Virus record (IMG/VR): IMGVR_UViG_3300045988_076491
From: a virus
Strand: one strand, 5' to 3'
Length of the DNA stretch: 57,695 nucleotides
A program made the position numbers and the translations under genes. The notes under the pieces were generated by a model that saw nothing but the letters and a program-made list of their open reading frames with translations, did no database searches and had not been told where the DNA came from. This document shows positions 17,786 through 27,680 of this stretch, piece after piece (position 1 is the stretch's first letter; each line of letters starts with the position of its first letter).

Positions 17786-18459
17786 TGCTACTGATTTCAA
17801 TAGACGGCGCGTGCCGCCGCAACGGTACACCTGATTGCGTTGCTGCTGGTGGAGTTTTTATCCAGCAGTTTGATAAAGACTTGCATCTTCAACAGACAAG
17901 CATTTTGTCTAATTATGAAATGTCATCTACAAATCAGCGTGGTGAGCTTCTTGCTTTACTCACTGCCTTGGATTATATCTGGTCAGCTAAGCAGTCCACA
18001 CAGATTGTAACAGACTCTGAATACTTATTCAATGCTATGACAAAAGAGTGGTACAAGAGTTGGCAACATAAAGGCTGGATTACAGTAATTGGCGAGCCAG
18101 TAAAGAACAAAGACTTATGGCAAGAAATTGCAAGTGCCTATTGTAGATGTGAAGATGCAGGCATTGACATTGTGTTCTACCACATTAAAGGTCACTGTAT
18201 TCCATTTGGTAAAGTAACAGCTAATACGCTTCTGACTAAAGATACTACAGGGGCCAGCCTTATGGCAGAAGTATTTATCAAGTATGATATGGTAAGCAAA
18301 ACTACAAAGAAGGACCAGTTAGAGCAAGCAAATACTTTATCAGAAAGAAACAATGGTTTCAAGCTTACACCTGACAAGATGAGACAATTTGTAGTTGCAA
18401 ACGTCATGGCAGATGCAGTAGCTACTAAGTGCGTAGAAGCAGCAGATGCACTAATGTAA
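17785..18459 (+). CDS. rnhA: RNase H (RNase HI-like)
   Basis: Start set to the ATG at 17785 (MLLISIDGACRRNG). Contains DGA...GGV...E(L)...TDSEY catalytic-type residues. Confidence 0.7.
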   Translation: MLLISIDGACRRNGTPDCVAAGGVFIQQFDKDLHLQQTSILSNYEMSSTNQRGELLALLTALDYIWSAKQSTQIVTDSEYLFNAMTKEWYKSWQHKGWITVIGEPVKNKDLWQEIASAYCRCEDAGIDIVFYHIKGHCIPFGKVTANTLLTKDTTGASLMAEVFIKYDMVSKTTKKDQLEQANTLSERNNGFKLTPDKMRQFVVANVMADAVATKCVEAADALM

Positions 18460-18491
18460 CAGGCAGTAACCAATGGTTCGTAAAATGTGGT

Positions 18492-18520
18492 TTTACAACT
18501 TCACATTTTTATGATATAAT
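18492..18520 (+). promoter_or_regulatory. Sigma-70-type promoter with extended -10
   Basis: TTTACA (18492-18497), 17-nt spacer, TGATATAAT (TATAAT at 18515-18520). Overlaps the hairpin aaatgtg/cacattt. Confidence 0.65.
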
Positions 18521-18574
18521 TAAATTATCTTAAGGGGACAAGCCTTAAGAACAAATCAGAAGGAGGATATTCAC

Positions 18575-19354
18575 ATGAGTACAGAAAACAAGAAAGCTAC
18601 TGAAGAAGCATTGGTAGCACAGCAGCAGGCAGAGCTTGCTACACAGTCCGAAGCACCTATGGGCTTTGAGGATGAAGACCCTGGGGATATGATTATTCCT
18701 AGAGTAAAAGTTGTACAAACCTTAAGTCCTGAAAGAAAGGACAAGCAGGCTAATGAAGGAGACATTATCAATTCTCTTACTAAGGAGCGTTTGAACGGTA
18801 AGACCTTTATTCCAGTATTCAAGTTCAATAACAACATTGATTGGAAGGACCGTGCAGACGGCGGTGGAATTCTGTGTATCGCTCGTGACGGTAAAGTTGG
18901 TGAGAAGTCAGACGGAACACAGTTAATGTGTGCATCCTGTAGACGTTGTGAATTTGATAACACCAAGCAGGGTAAGGAAGCACTTCCTAAGTGCACAAAG
19001 TACATCAATTTCTTTGGTTTCTTTGCTGGTGAGCGTATGCCTATCATTTTAAGCTTCGCTAAGACGAACTACAACGAGGGTAAGAAGCTGTACAGCCTTG
19101 CAAAGGTAACCATGCAGAACATGTGGAATTACGGCTATGTGCTTAATGAAAAGCTTATGGCAAAGAATGGTAATGAGTGGTACATTGCTACTGCTACTCC
19201 GGCAGGTGCTACAAGTGAAGAGGACCGTGCATTTGCATTGGAGCTTTACAAGTCATTCCGTAACACTATTCAGGATGTTAACTACGACATTGAAGATACG
19301 AGTTCTGAAGCATCTAGCGGTGCAACCCCTGACTTGGATAAGACTGAGTATTAA
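18575..19354 (+). CDS. Hypothetical Cys4 protein (possible DNA-binding or recombination accessory)
   Basis: AGGAGG RBS; CIARDG...CASCRRC...C cluster. No family recognised by eye. Confidence 0.6.
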   Translation: MSTENKKATEEALVAQQQAELATQSEAPMGFEDEDPGDMIIPRVKVVQTLSPERKDKQANEGDIINSLTKERLNGKTFIPVFKFNNNIDWKDRADGGGILCIARDGKVGEKSDGTQLMCASCRRCEFDNTKQGKEALPKCTKYINFFGFFAGERMPIILSFAKTNYNEGKKLYSLAKVTMQNMWNYGYVLNEKLMAKNGNEWYIATATPAGATSEEDRAFALELYKSFRNTIQDVNYDIEDTSSEASSGATPDLDKTEY

Positions 19355-19416
19355 TTCAAGTAATAAGCAACGTGGTGGTCTAGCGCCACTGCGTTGTATT
19401 TTAAGGGGGTTGCCAC

Positions 19417-22386
19417 ATGCGCTGGAGTGAATACACTAATCGTATTCTCGCTGAGATAGACAATGAAGCTTTCTTTATGAATGAGCTTAAGAATATCCAG
19501 CGAAGAGGGCAGGAGGTAAAAGCTGAATGTCCATTTAAGGAACTGCACGAGTCACAAACAGACAACAATCCCTCGCTTACAGTCAATTTAGCTAAAGGTG
19601 TTTACTACTGTAATAGCTGCCATTCTAAGGGCAACATACATACTATGTACAAGCACTTGTATGGCTTATCCAATGAAGAGGCCTGGTTCCAACTTGGTGA
19701 CGCTTTGAAAATCCCAAGACCTGATGGTACCAAACCTACACGACCAGAAATTGACGTTGGATTGATACAGGAGTACCATCAAAAGCTTATGAGTTTGACT
19801 GGTCCAATAAGGGACATGTTGAAAGAGCGAAGAGGTTTAACTGATGAGACTCTTAAAAGGTTTCAATTAGGTTGGGATGGAGAGCGTATCACCATTCCGA
19901 TATATGATGAGTTTAATACGCTTGTCAATTTCAGAAGGTACAAATGGAACTCTACAGATGACCAGTGGAAAGTACTTAACTATGTAGATGAATACAACAA
20001 CTCATACGGAGAAGTTCGTATCTTTGGTATCGACCAAGTTGTTGACCCAGATGTTGAGTACATAGTATGGGCTGAAGGAGAGATGGACCGTATATGTGCC
20101 GAGCAACATGGCTTTCCAACGGCATGCGCTACATCAGGTGCTGGTACATGGAAACCAGAATGGACAAAGCTTTTTAGGAATAAGAAGCGAGTTTACCTAG
20201 CTCAGGACAACGATGAAGCTGGACGTATTGCAACACAGAAATTGTGTGAGAAGCTATATCGTGTTGTAGATGTCTATGTAATAAACTGGCCTGAGAATTT
20301 TCCTGCTAAGGGAGATATTACAGATTTCTTTACAAAGTGTGGTCAAACGTCACAGGATTTCCAAGTACTTCTTGACAACGCCACGCGCTACATCGACCCA
20401 TCAATGGTAGAAGAGCGTGTAGCTGATGAAACAGAAGCACAAGAAGTTCATTTGTCAGATAGTTCAGAGGCAGGTTTCTTTGGAAAGCGATTAAGAATAC
20501 CTGTAATGGTAAGTGGTAAGGATAACACTCCTTATTTATGCCCTAAGGTAATAAAAGCTTTCTGTGGTGATGCAGCAGATGCTGATAATAAGAAGTGTGC
20601 TAATTGTCAACTTGCTTTGCATGCTGGTGAGATGGAAAAGACATTATCGTCAGTAGATAGTGATGTCATGAAACTTATCAAGTGTACAGAGAAGCAACAA
20701 AGAGCTGTCATATATGAAATGCTTGGAGTTAACCCAAGATGTGACAGATGTACTATAGAAGTAAAGGAACACATGAATCTTGAAGAGTTAAGGCTTATTC
20801 CAAAGGCTGAAGCTAACTTCGGATTTTCAAAAGAGCACGAATATGTAGTGCGTACGGGATATTACATAGGTAATAATCTCAAAACTAACAAAAGATACAC
20901 AATGGTTGGATACATGTATCCAGAGCCTAACTCGCAGTATGCTACGTATATTTTTGACAAGGCTTATCCAGAGAAAGACCTAATAAGTGACTTTGAACTT
21001 AACGATGAAACGCTTGGCTACTTGAATATGTTTAAGGTAAAGCCAGGTCAGACAGTTCGTGAAAAGTTTGATGAGATTCATACAGACCTTGAACGTAACG
21101 TTACATATATTTGGGAGAGACGAAATGTAGCTTTTGCAGTAGATTTGATTTATCATACTGTACTTAATTTCTACTTCCAAGAGCAGTACGTTAAACGTGG
21201 ATGGGGAGAACTACTTATCATAGGTGATTCAGGGCAGGCCAAAACTACAATTGTTGAAAGGCTAATGCATCATTACAGATTAGGAGAGTTGCATAGTGGT
21301 GAATCATCAAGAAGAACAGGACTTGTCTATAACATGCAGCAAAACAATAAAAGATGGTTTCTCGTTTGGGGAGCGTTTCCACTCAATGATGGAGGCTTGC
21401 TTACCATCGATGAACTTTCTGGCCTTAGCGAAGACGACCTGGCCGTTATGTCAGATGTACGTAGCTCAGGAATTGCAAAAGCAACAGGAGTTATTACAGC
21501 AGAAACTACAAGCAGAACAAGAGCTATATACATTTCAAATCCTAGGAATGGACGACAGCTCAATTCAGAAACTTATGGAGTTAATGCAGTCCTTAAGCTT
21601 ATGGGAAAGGCAGAAGATGTTAGACGTCTTGACATCGCTATGTCTGTCGCATCAGGAGACGTCGACCCGTCTCTCGTCAATAGGTCTCTCAAAGACTTAC
21701 CTCCAGTACCCCATGTGTACACCTCAGATTTATGCAACACGAGAGTGTTATGGGCATGGAGTCGCAAACCAGACGATGTCATCATCACTGATGAGGCGAC
21801 GCAACGCATCCTTGAGAGTGCAACAGAAATGGGTGCAAAGTACTCCTCGAAGATTCCTATAGTTGAAGCGGCTGACCAACGTATCAAAATTGCTCGTCTC
21901 GCCGTCGCCGCAGCGTGCTGTGTATTTTCATCAGACGAGACTGGCCAAAAGGTTATAGTTAAGCCTGAACATGTTGACTTTGTTGTAGATTTTATGAACG
22001 AGCTCTATTGTACAAAAAGCTTTGGCTATGACCGCCTGAGCGAACAAGATATGGTTACATCTGACACATCAGCTAATAACATTAGTAAGCTAAGGGCTCT
22101 GTTCTTAACACTGCCTCTTGTGGATGCTAATGAAATGGCTAAAATACTGTATCAGTTGCCATACTTCAGCAGAGCTACACTTGAAGACTATACTGGTCTT
22201 TCAAAGGATGACCTTAAGATGCTTCTGAAGTACATGACAAATAATCACCTGGTAGATAAGGTCAAGGGAGATTACAGAAGATTACCACTTGGTACAGAGT
22301 TGTTTGAGAATTTAACAACTGTGCCTATAACAAAAGCAGAAATTGAAGCAGCGAGAAAAGACTTCTATAGCGCTGCAGATATGTAG
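19417..22386 (+). CDS. DnaG-type primase (CHC2 zinc finger plus Toprim) fused to an AAA+ (MCM-like) helicase domain
   Basis: CPF...H...C..CH zinc finger; Toprim AEGEMD...DNDEAGR; Walker A IIGDSGQAKT; Walker B LLTIDELS. Confidence 0.75.
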   Translation: MRWSEYTNRILAEIDNEAFFMNELKNIQRRGQEVKAECPFKELHESQTDNNPSLTVNLAKGVYYCNSCHSKGNIHTMYKHLYGLSNEEAWFQLGDALKIPRPDGTKPTRPEIDVGLIQEYHQKLMSLTGPIRDMLKERRGLTDETLKRFQLGWDGERITIPIYDEFNTLVNFRRYKWNSTDDQWKVLNYVDEYNNSYGEVRIFGIDQVVDPDVEYIVWAEGEMDRICAEQHGFPTACATSGAGTWKPEWTKLFRNKKRVYLAQDNDEAGRIATQKLCEKLYRVVDVYVINWPENFPAKGDITDFFTKCGQTSQDFQVLLDNATRYIDPSMVEERVADETEAQEVHLSDSSEAGFFGKRLRIPVMVSGKDNTPYLCPKVIKAFCGDAADADNKKCANCQLALHAGEMEKTLSSVDSDVMKLIKCTEKQQRAVIYEMLGVNPRCDRCTIEVKEHMNLEELRLIPKAEANFGFSKEHEYVVRTGYYIGNNLKTNKRYTMVGYMYPEPNSQYATYIFDKAYPEKDLISDFELNDETLGYLNMFKVKPGQTVREKFDEIHTDLERNVTYIWERRNVAFAVDLIYHTVLNFYFQEQYVKRGWGELLIIGDSGQAKTTIVERLMHHYRLGELHSGESSRRTGLVYNMQQNNKRWFLVWGAFPLNDGGLLTIDELSGLSEDDLAVMSDVRSSGIAKATGVITAETTSRTRAIYISNPRNGRQLNSETYGVNAVLKLMGKAEDVRRLDIAMSVASGDVDPSLVNRSLKDLPPVPHVYTSDLCNTRVLWAWSRKPDDVIITDEATQRILESATEMGAKYSSKIPIVEAADQRIKIARLAVAAACCVFSSDETGQKVIVKPEHVDFVVDFMNELYCTKSFGYDRLSEQDMVTSDTSANNISKLRALFLTLPLVDANEMAKILYQLPYFSRATLEDYTGLSKDDLKMLLKYMTNNHLVDKVKGDYRRLPLGTELFENLTTVPITKAEIEAARKDFYSAADM

Positions 22387-22397
22387 GAGGAACAATT

Positions 22398-22649
22398 ATG
22401 GAGAATGAAATTCGTTTTTACCTTAAGCAGATTAAGAAGGCAATGGCAGAACCTACAGAGGTTGACGGAAAACCGTTTGAGCCACAGTACATTGTTACTG
22501 CAGTTAAGCTGCCAACAGGCGCAATTGAAATTGCAGTCAACGATAAGGAGATTGCAGGTAAGATTGATTACATCCTTGATGCATACGATAGTGATATGTG
22601 TCTTAAAACAAACAGAGAAATCTGCATGCAGAATATCATGATTGTATAA
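22398..22649 (+). CDS. Hypothetical protein
   Basis: 83 aa with a GGAGG RBS. Confidence 0.6.
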   Translation: MENEIRFYLKQIKKAMAEPTEVDGKPFEPQYIVTAVKLPTGAIEIAVNDKEIAGKIDYILDAYDSDMCLKTNREICMQNIMIV

Positions 22650-22912
22650 TGACCAGGATAGTGCATTGTAAAAAGGCACTATACGACGTGTATATAGGTA
22701 GGCCTTCCAAATGGGGTAACCCATATGTGATAGGTAAGGATGGCACCAGAGAAGAAGTTATTCAGAAGTATGAGGAGCATATACGTACAAGTCCAATACT
22801 TATGAGAGCTTTACCAAGTCTTGCTGGTAAGACACTTGGCTGCTGGTGTCCACCAAAGCCTTGCCACGGCGATGTGCTAATAAAAATATTAAAAGAAATG
22901 GGGTATGACTAA
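22649..22912 (+). CDS. DUF4326-family protein
   Basis: YDVYIGRPSKWGNPY...GKTLGCWCPPKPCHGDVL is the characteristic pattern. Confidence 0.65.
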   Translation: MTRIVHCKKALYDVYIGRPSKWGNPYVIGKDGTREEVIQKYEEHIRTSPILMRALPSLAGKTLGCWCPPKPCHGDVLIKILKEMGYD

Positions 22913-22914
22913 CA

Positions 22915-23943
22915 ATGATTAGTAAACAGTTATTGGATAAGTTGCCTAACTGCAAAGTAATATCGACAGTAAGGCAGGAAGACGATGAAGCTGCTTGGCT
23001 TAAAGCAAGAACAGGTGGTATAGGCGGTTCAGATGTTGGTGCTATATGTGGAGTTAGTCCATTTACATCAGCTCGTCAGATATACTTAAGAAAGACAGGA
23101 CAATATGATGACTCTACTGACAACATGAGTGATGCATCAAAAGAAAGAATGCACTTCGGGCACATGCTTGAGCCTATAGTAGCCGATGAATATGCGAGAA
23201 GAAAGCTTGATACTAATGAGGACTTTGTGGGTTGTCATTTGGTAGAGGCAGACGCAACGTTTGCTCATAAGGACTATCCATGGGCATTAGCTAATGTTGA
23301 CAGGCTTATTGTAGATGCCGAGGGTACCCCAGTTGGTATTCTTGAATGTAAAACTACAAGTGAGTACATGAATGAAGAATGGGAATCAGGCGAGATACTT
23401 ATGTCATACATCTATCAGCTTAATTGGTACATGTGGATTCTTGGTATTGAAAGAGGTGCATTTGCTTGCCTTGTAGGTGGTAATAAGTTTTACTCATATG
23501 AGGTGTTCAGAAATGATGAACTGCTTGAGAACACAATTATACCTGCAGCAAGGAGCTTCTGGTTTGACAATGTACTTACTCTTAAAGAACCTGAAATGCA
23601 GTCGACAGATACTGAATTTGCAAATGGCCTCTACAGTAAAGTAGTTAAGAACTCTGAAATCACACTGCCTGATGATGAGACAAATGAACTTGCTCATACA
23701 GTATTTGATTGTAAGGCAAAGATTAAAGAGCTCGAAAAAATTATGACTGAGGCACAGAATCGTATAAAGGACCGTCTTAAGGACAATGAGATTGGTTATA
23801 CAAAGGACTACACCATTAAGTGGTCGCCTCGCTCACAGACACGTGTCGACACTGACAAGCTCAAATCTGAATTTCCTGAAGTCTACGCTCAGGTTCAGAA
23901 GAAGATTGAGTTCAGAGCTATGTATGTGAAAGGAGCACAGTAA
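22915..23943 (+). CDS. YqaJ / lambda-Exo-like recombination exonuclease
   Basis: GIGGSDVGAI...FGHMLEP...D...ECK PD-(D/E)xK pattern. Confidence 0.75.
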   Translation: MISKQLLDKLPNCKVISTVRQEDDEAAWLKARTGGIGGSDVGAICGVSPFTSARQIYLRKTGQYDDSTDNMSDASKERMHFGHMLEPIVADEYARRKLDTNEDFVGCHLVEADATFAHKDYPWALANVDRLIVDAEGTPVGILECKTTSEYMNEEWESGEILMSYIYQLNWYMWILGIERGAFACLVGGNKFYSYEVFRNDELLENTIIPAARSFWFDNVLTLKEPEMQSTDTEFANGLYSKVVKNSEITLPDDETNELAHTVFDCKAKIKELEKIMTEAQNRIKDRLKDNEIGYTKDYTIKWSPRSQTRVDTDKLKSEFPEVYAQVQKKIEFRAMYVKGAQ

Positions 23944-24350
23944 TGAAAATAAAGCTTATTGACTTTGGCTATAAGAATGCACCAAGCAGAAAGCATGAGA
24001 ATGATGCAGGTGCTGATGTGTACTCTACTAAGAAGTTAGTAGTTTATCCACACACAACAGAAAAGATTCCACTTGGTTTTGGCCTTGAGTTACCCGATGG
24101 TTATGCAGCATACATCTTTCCACGTAGTGGCCTCTCATCACAGGGTATCGTGTGCGAATTACCACCTATTGATTCAGGTTACAGAGGTGAGGTACATGCT
24201 ATTGTATCTAACGTATCTGATAAACCATACCAGGTAGAAGAAGGAGACCGTATTGGTCAGCTGGTTATTATGCCAGTAGCTATTGCAGACTTTATCAACT
24301 ATGATATTAAAGAACGCGGTAATGGTGCATTTGCATCAACCGGAAAGTAG
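23943..24350 (+). CDS. dut: dUTPase
   Basis: GADVYS, PRSGLS, IDSGYRGEV and GDRIGQLV motifs. Confidence 0.85.
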   Translation: MKIKLIDFGYKNAPSRKHENDAGADVYSTKKLVVYPHTTEKIPLGFGLELPDGYAAYIFPRSGLSSQGIVCELPPIDSGYRGEVHAIVSNVSDKPYQVEEGDRIGQLVIMPVAIADFINYDIKERGNGAFASTGK

Positions 24351-24362
24351 GAGGACAAGAAT

Positions 24363-24548
24363 ATGGCAGGAGCAATCAAACATATGAAGCGTAGCCACCG
24401 CGCTACAGCGCTTAAGAGAAACTCAGGAGCATTCAATCAGTTCCACAGAAATGCATGTGCAGTAGCAGCTGTTAAGCAGCAGAGAAAAATGACACTTGGT
24501 CAGAAGCTTAAGAGTGCATTAAAACGTGCTACAAGAAAGGAGTCATAA
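24363..24548 (+). CDS. Small basic hypothetical protein
   Basis: 61 aa, K/R-rich, GGAGG RBS. Confidence 0.55.
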   Translation: MAGAIKHMKRSHRATALKRNSGAFNQFHRNACAVAAVKQQRKMTLGQKLKSALKRATRKES

Positions 24549-24549
24549 C

Positions 24550-24813
24550 ATGGGAGAAGAAAAGATTACCTGTACAGTCGAGATGGATGGTAAAACTACA
24601 ACATCTGATGATTTTGTAGCTATCCTGTCAAAAGAGAATGGAGATGCTTCAATCTTCTACAATACTGATGCTCTTACATTAGGCATGGCAATGAAGATGG
24701 TTGCTAGAGCTTTTGTAGAGTGTATGGACAAGTGTCCTGAAAAAGAACGTGAAGAAATCACTGAAATCTTAGGAGCTGCCTTTGTAGCAGACAAACCAGC
24801 AGAGGAGGAATAA
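24550..24813 (+). CDS. Hypothetical protein
   Basis: Start set to the ATG at 24550 (AAGGAG RBS). Confidence 0.55.
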   Translation: MGEEKITCTVEMDGKTTTSDDFVAILSKENGDASIFYNTDALTLGMAMKMVARAFVECMDKCPEKEREEITEILGAAFVADKPAEEE

Positions 24814-24814
24814 C

Positions 24815-25615
24815 ATGCGTAACATCGAAGTAGCAGTACTCGATGAAGCTCATGAATGTCCAGCAGGTATGATGATGTTTTTGGCCAAGCTTACACAGCG
24901 TGGCCATAACATCCATTGTATGGACGATTTGATGAAGCTTTATCATGATTCAATTGGTCATCACAAAACAGCTGAAGCTGTTGCAAATCTGCCACATGGT
25001 ACAATCAAAAGGTTTACACCTATTACAGTTGCAATAGTTGGTGCATCACGCCGATTCCTTGCACAGGCTAGAACACACCAGGTTGGCTTTAACTATGTAT
25101 CTGCATCATTGCAATACAGTGACTATTCTGGTAAGGCAGACTTTGTAGTTCCATATGAGCTAATTAAGACAGACCATGAAATAGGCTGTCCTAAGCTGGT
25201 TCCACTATACCTTGATAGCTGTAAAAAGTCTATGAAAGTATATGAGTACCTTGCAGCTGATACAGATAATGATACAGCTGGCTATGCTGCGCCGCAGGGC
25301 CTTAGAAACATTCTCATTATGCAGGCTAATCATGAAGCCTGGATGCACTTTATTCGTTTGCGTGGTTGTAACAGAAATACAGTTGAAACTCAATATGTCA
25401 CAATGCGCATTTGGGAAGAACTTCTGAAGACAGCAGATGGTAAAGAAATGTTTAAGTATGCAGGACCTGACTGTATGTATGGAATGTGCAGAGAAGGCAA
25501 GATGTGCTGTGGCAATACACTCAATGGTATGGATGTGTTAGCTGATGCAAATGGTGTAACTACACCAAGAATGATTATTGACAAAAAATGGCCATTATTA
25601 AAGGAGGACAAATAA
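24815..25615 (+). CDS. thyX: ThyX-like flavin-dependent thymidylate synthase (divergent)
   Basis: ARTHQVGFNYVSASLQYS resembles the RHRxxSxxxxSxRY signature. A later HFIRLR....ETQ segment also fits. Sits in the nucleotide-metabolism cluster. Confidence 0.6.
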   Translation: MRNIEVAVLDEAHECPAGMMMFLAKLTQRGHNIHCMDDLMKLYHDSIGHHKTAEAVANLPHGTIKRFTPITVAIVGASRRFLAQARTHQVGFNYVSASLQYSDYSGKADFVVPYELIKTDHEIGCPKLVPLYLDSCKKSMKVYEYLAADTDNDTAGYAAPQGLRNILIMQANHEAWMHFIRLRGCNRNTVETQYVTMRIWEELLKTADGKEMFKYAGPDCMYGMCREGKMCCGNTLNGMDVLADANGVTTPRMIIDKKWPLLKEDK

Positions 25616-25933
25616 ATGTATAAGAACAGAGAAGAATTACTTAAAGAGCTTGAAGATGTAAGGGCTAAAAGAGATGATGCACTTGCAAGTGCTGAAAAGT
25701 CTAAGAAGCGTATCATGGAGTTAAATGCTGAACTTGAGGAGTACAAGCAGCTTGAATGCATGAAAGCAGATTTTGACAAAGCTGCTAGTCAGGCTAAGAT
25801 GCTCAATGATAGCTTTGTAGAGGCTGGCTTCACTAATGAACAGGCCTTCGCTCTTATCACAGCTATTATTCCTGCAGTACTTAACCCAGCACAGGCTCCA
25901 AGTATTGATAGACTTTTAAGAGAGCTGCTGTAA
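25616..25933 (+). CDS. Coiled-coil hypothetical protein
   Basis: 105 aa with an AAGGAGG RBS. Confidence 0.6.
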   Translation: MYKNREELLKELEDVRAKRDDALASAEKSKKRIMELNAELEEYKQLECMKADFDKAASQAKMLNDSFVEAGFTNEQAFALITAIIPAVLNPAQAPSIDRLLRELL

Positions 25934-26145
25934 TGCAATTTGAAGATGCTTTAAGAGAAGTAAAAGCTGGTAAAGGCATGAGGCTACCTCAGTGGAGCCC
26001 TGAGGTAGTCATAAGGTGCCACGTGCCTGATGAGCATAGCAAAATGACTTCTCCATACTTGTATGTAGATAGCCGCTTCGGTAGAGTACCTTGGCGCGAA
26101 ACGTTTCCAGAAATGTTCGATTGTAGATGGGAGGTAGTCGAATGA
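25933..26145 (+). CDS. DUF2829-family small protein (the family that includes anti-Thoeris Tad2)
   Basis: MQFEDALREVKAGKGMRLPQW...PYLYV...VPW....F..RWEVV matches the DUF2829 pattern from memory. Confidence 0.55.
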   Translation: MQFEDALREVKAGKGMRLPQWSPEVVIRCHVPDEHSKMTSPYLYVDSRFGRVPWRETFPEMFDCRWEVVE

Positions 26146-26603
26146 TTATCATCATTGAAGGACCTGATGGTTCTGGAAAAACAACACTTGCAGAAAAACT
26201 TTCTAAGCAAACAAAGTACCCAATAATTCACAGAAGTCAGCCTAAGTCTGACGAAGAAAAGAAGCTGATGATGGGAGAGTACCTACAAACTATCCGTTCT
26301 GGTAAGAACATGATTTTTGACAGATGCTGGTATTCTGAAATGGCGTATGGTCCAGTTATGCGAGATGCATCAGTTATCAGCTATCCAGAGATGTATGAGC
26401 TTGAAGAGCACTTAGCTAAATGTGGTGCAATAATTATTTATGCTACTGGGCCAAAAGCTGCCTTATGGCAGCGCTGTCAGAAACGTGGCGAGGACTACAT
26501 AACATCACGTGATGACTTCAATGCAATCTGTGAAAACTTTGACAAGATTATGAATGTCCCTCATCATATTCCTGTTGTAAGATATGAATACAAAGACCTG
26601 TAA
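26142..26603 (+). CDS. dNMP / thymidylate kinase-like P-loop kinase
   Basis: Start at 26142. P-loop IIIEGPDGSGKTT. Confidence 0.7.
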   Translation: MIIIIEGPDGSGKTTLAEKLSKQTKYPIIHRSQPKSDEEKKLMMGEYLQTIRSGKNMIFDRCWYSEMAYGPVMRDASVISYPEMYELEEHLAKCGAIIIYATGPKAALWQRCQKRGEDYITSRDDFNAICENFDKIMNVPHHIPVVRYEYKDL

Positions 26604-27198
26604 GAAATGTGGTTGGGTATATCCTCTGATTACTCCGTACTCGACATGTCGCTTTTGCGGCATGGCGTTTACGGAGGGTATTTGTGCTAAGTGTGGAGAA
26701 CACTCAGATGATATAATTCCAAGCACAAGGTTATGCAGAAAGTGTTACAACAAGCGTAATGGCATTTATCAGAAGAGGGTACATTATACAACTGATGATA
26801 ATCAAAAGTATTACAGACGTTTGTGTAAAGAAGCTGATGAACGCTTCGCCGCTTGGACAGAGCTACTTAAGAACATAACTACACATACTCTTACAGAAGA
26901 TGAATGGTTAGAATGCTGTAGTTACTTTGGTGGGTGTGCACTTTGCAATAGTGACCAAATAGATGCAAGAGGTTACTTCATACGATTTGAAGATGGTGGC
27001 AAGTATAATGCTTGCAATGTAATTCCTATCTGTGATAAATGTGCCACGGCAATAAAATATCAGTCTAACCCATTCAGACAAATGAATCCGTTGATTAACA
27101 GAAACTTAGCAACTAGTAGAGGTTACTCAGTTGAGAAGCTTGAAAAGGTTGCTGGTTATCTACAAGGTAAGATTGGAGGTATTGTAGATGGACAGTAA
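26584..27198 (+). CDS. Multi-Zn-ribbon protein
   Basis: Several CxxC pairs (CKKCG, CRFCG, CAKCG, CRKCY, CALCN, CDKC). Confidence 0.6.
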   Translation: MNTKTCKKCGWVYPLITPYSTCRFCGMAFTEGICAKCGEHSDDIIPSTRLCRKCYNKRNGIYQKRVHYTTDDNQKYYRRLCKEADERFAAWTELLKNITTHTLTEDEWLECCSYFGGCALCNSDQIDARGYFIRFEDGGKYNACNVIPICDKCATAIKYQSNPFRQMNPLINRNLATSRGYSVEKLEKVAGYLQGKIGGIVDGQ

Positions 27199-27592
27199 AG
27201 CTAGAATGGCAGTCTTCAAAGACTTTACGAATAACTTAGCAAAGTTATCAAAATGTTCTGAGCGTCATGTAGCTGCTATAATTACAGACAAAGACTTAAC
27301 TCAGGTTTACAGTATAGGTATCAATGGTGGACCAAAAGGCTTAGCCGACTGTATGTGCATTATTGATGGTAAGTATGGTTGCTTACATGCAGAAATTAAC
27401 GCACTTATTAAATGTCGTACTGATAGTCCTGACAAGGTAATGTTTGTTACATTATCACCATGTAAGCAGTGTGCCGCAGCAATTATAAATGCTCCTGGAG
27501 GATTCTCAGCAGTTTACTACTTTGAGGAATGGAAAGATGATTCGGGTATTAAATTATTAAAGGCGGCTGGAATACATGTAGCACGTATCTAA
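27188..27592 (+). CDS. dCMP deaminase
   Basis: HAEINAL and PCKQCA zinc-binding motifs. Confidence 0.85.
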   Translation: MDSKARMAVFKDFTNNLAKLSKCSERHVAAIITDKDLTQVYSIGINGGPKGLADCMCIIDGKYGCLHAEINALIKCRTDSPDKVMFVTLSPCKQCAAAIINAPGGFSAVYYFEEWKDDSGIKLLKAAGIHVARI

Positions 27593-27680
27593 ACGCTCAT
27601 AGTAGGTTCGTAAAGCATTGAGCGTATATTTTATAGCCCTTATTCTACGGACTAGTAATGAGTAAATAAGCTAACCTGCT

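Noticed and set aside
21296-21862. A 188-aa alternative-frame ORF inside the primase-helicase gene, plus many similar 60-100 aa nested ORFs throughout the track.
   Set aside because: These lie inside long genes whose conserved motifs are in another frame, and they have no RBS.
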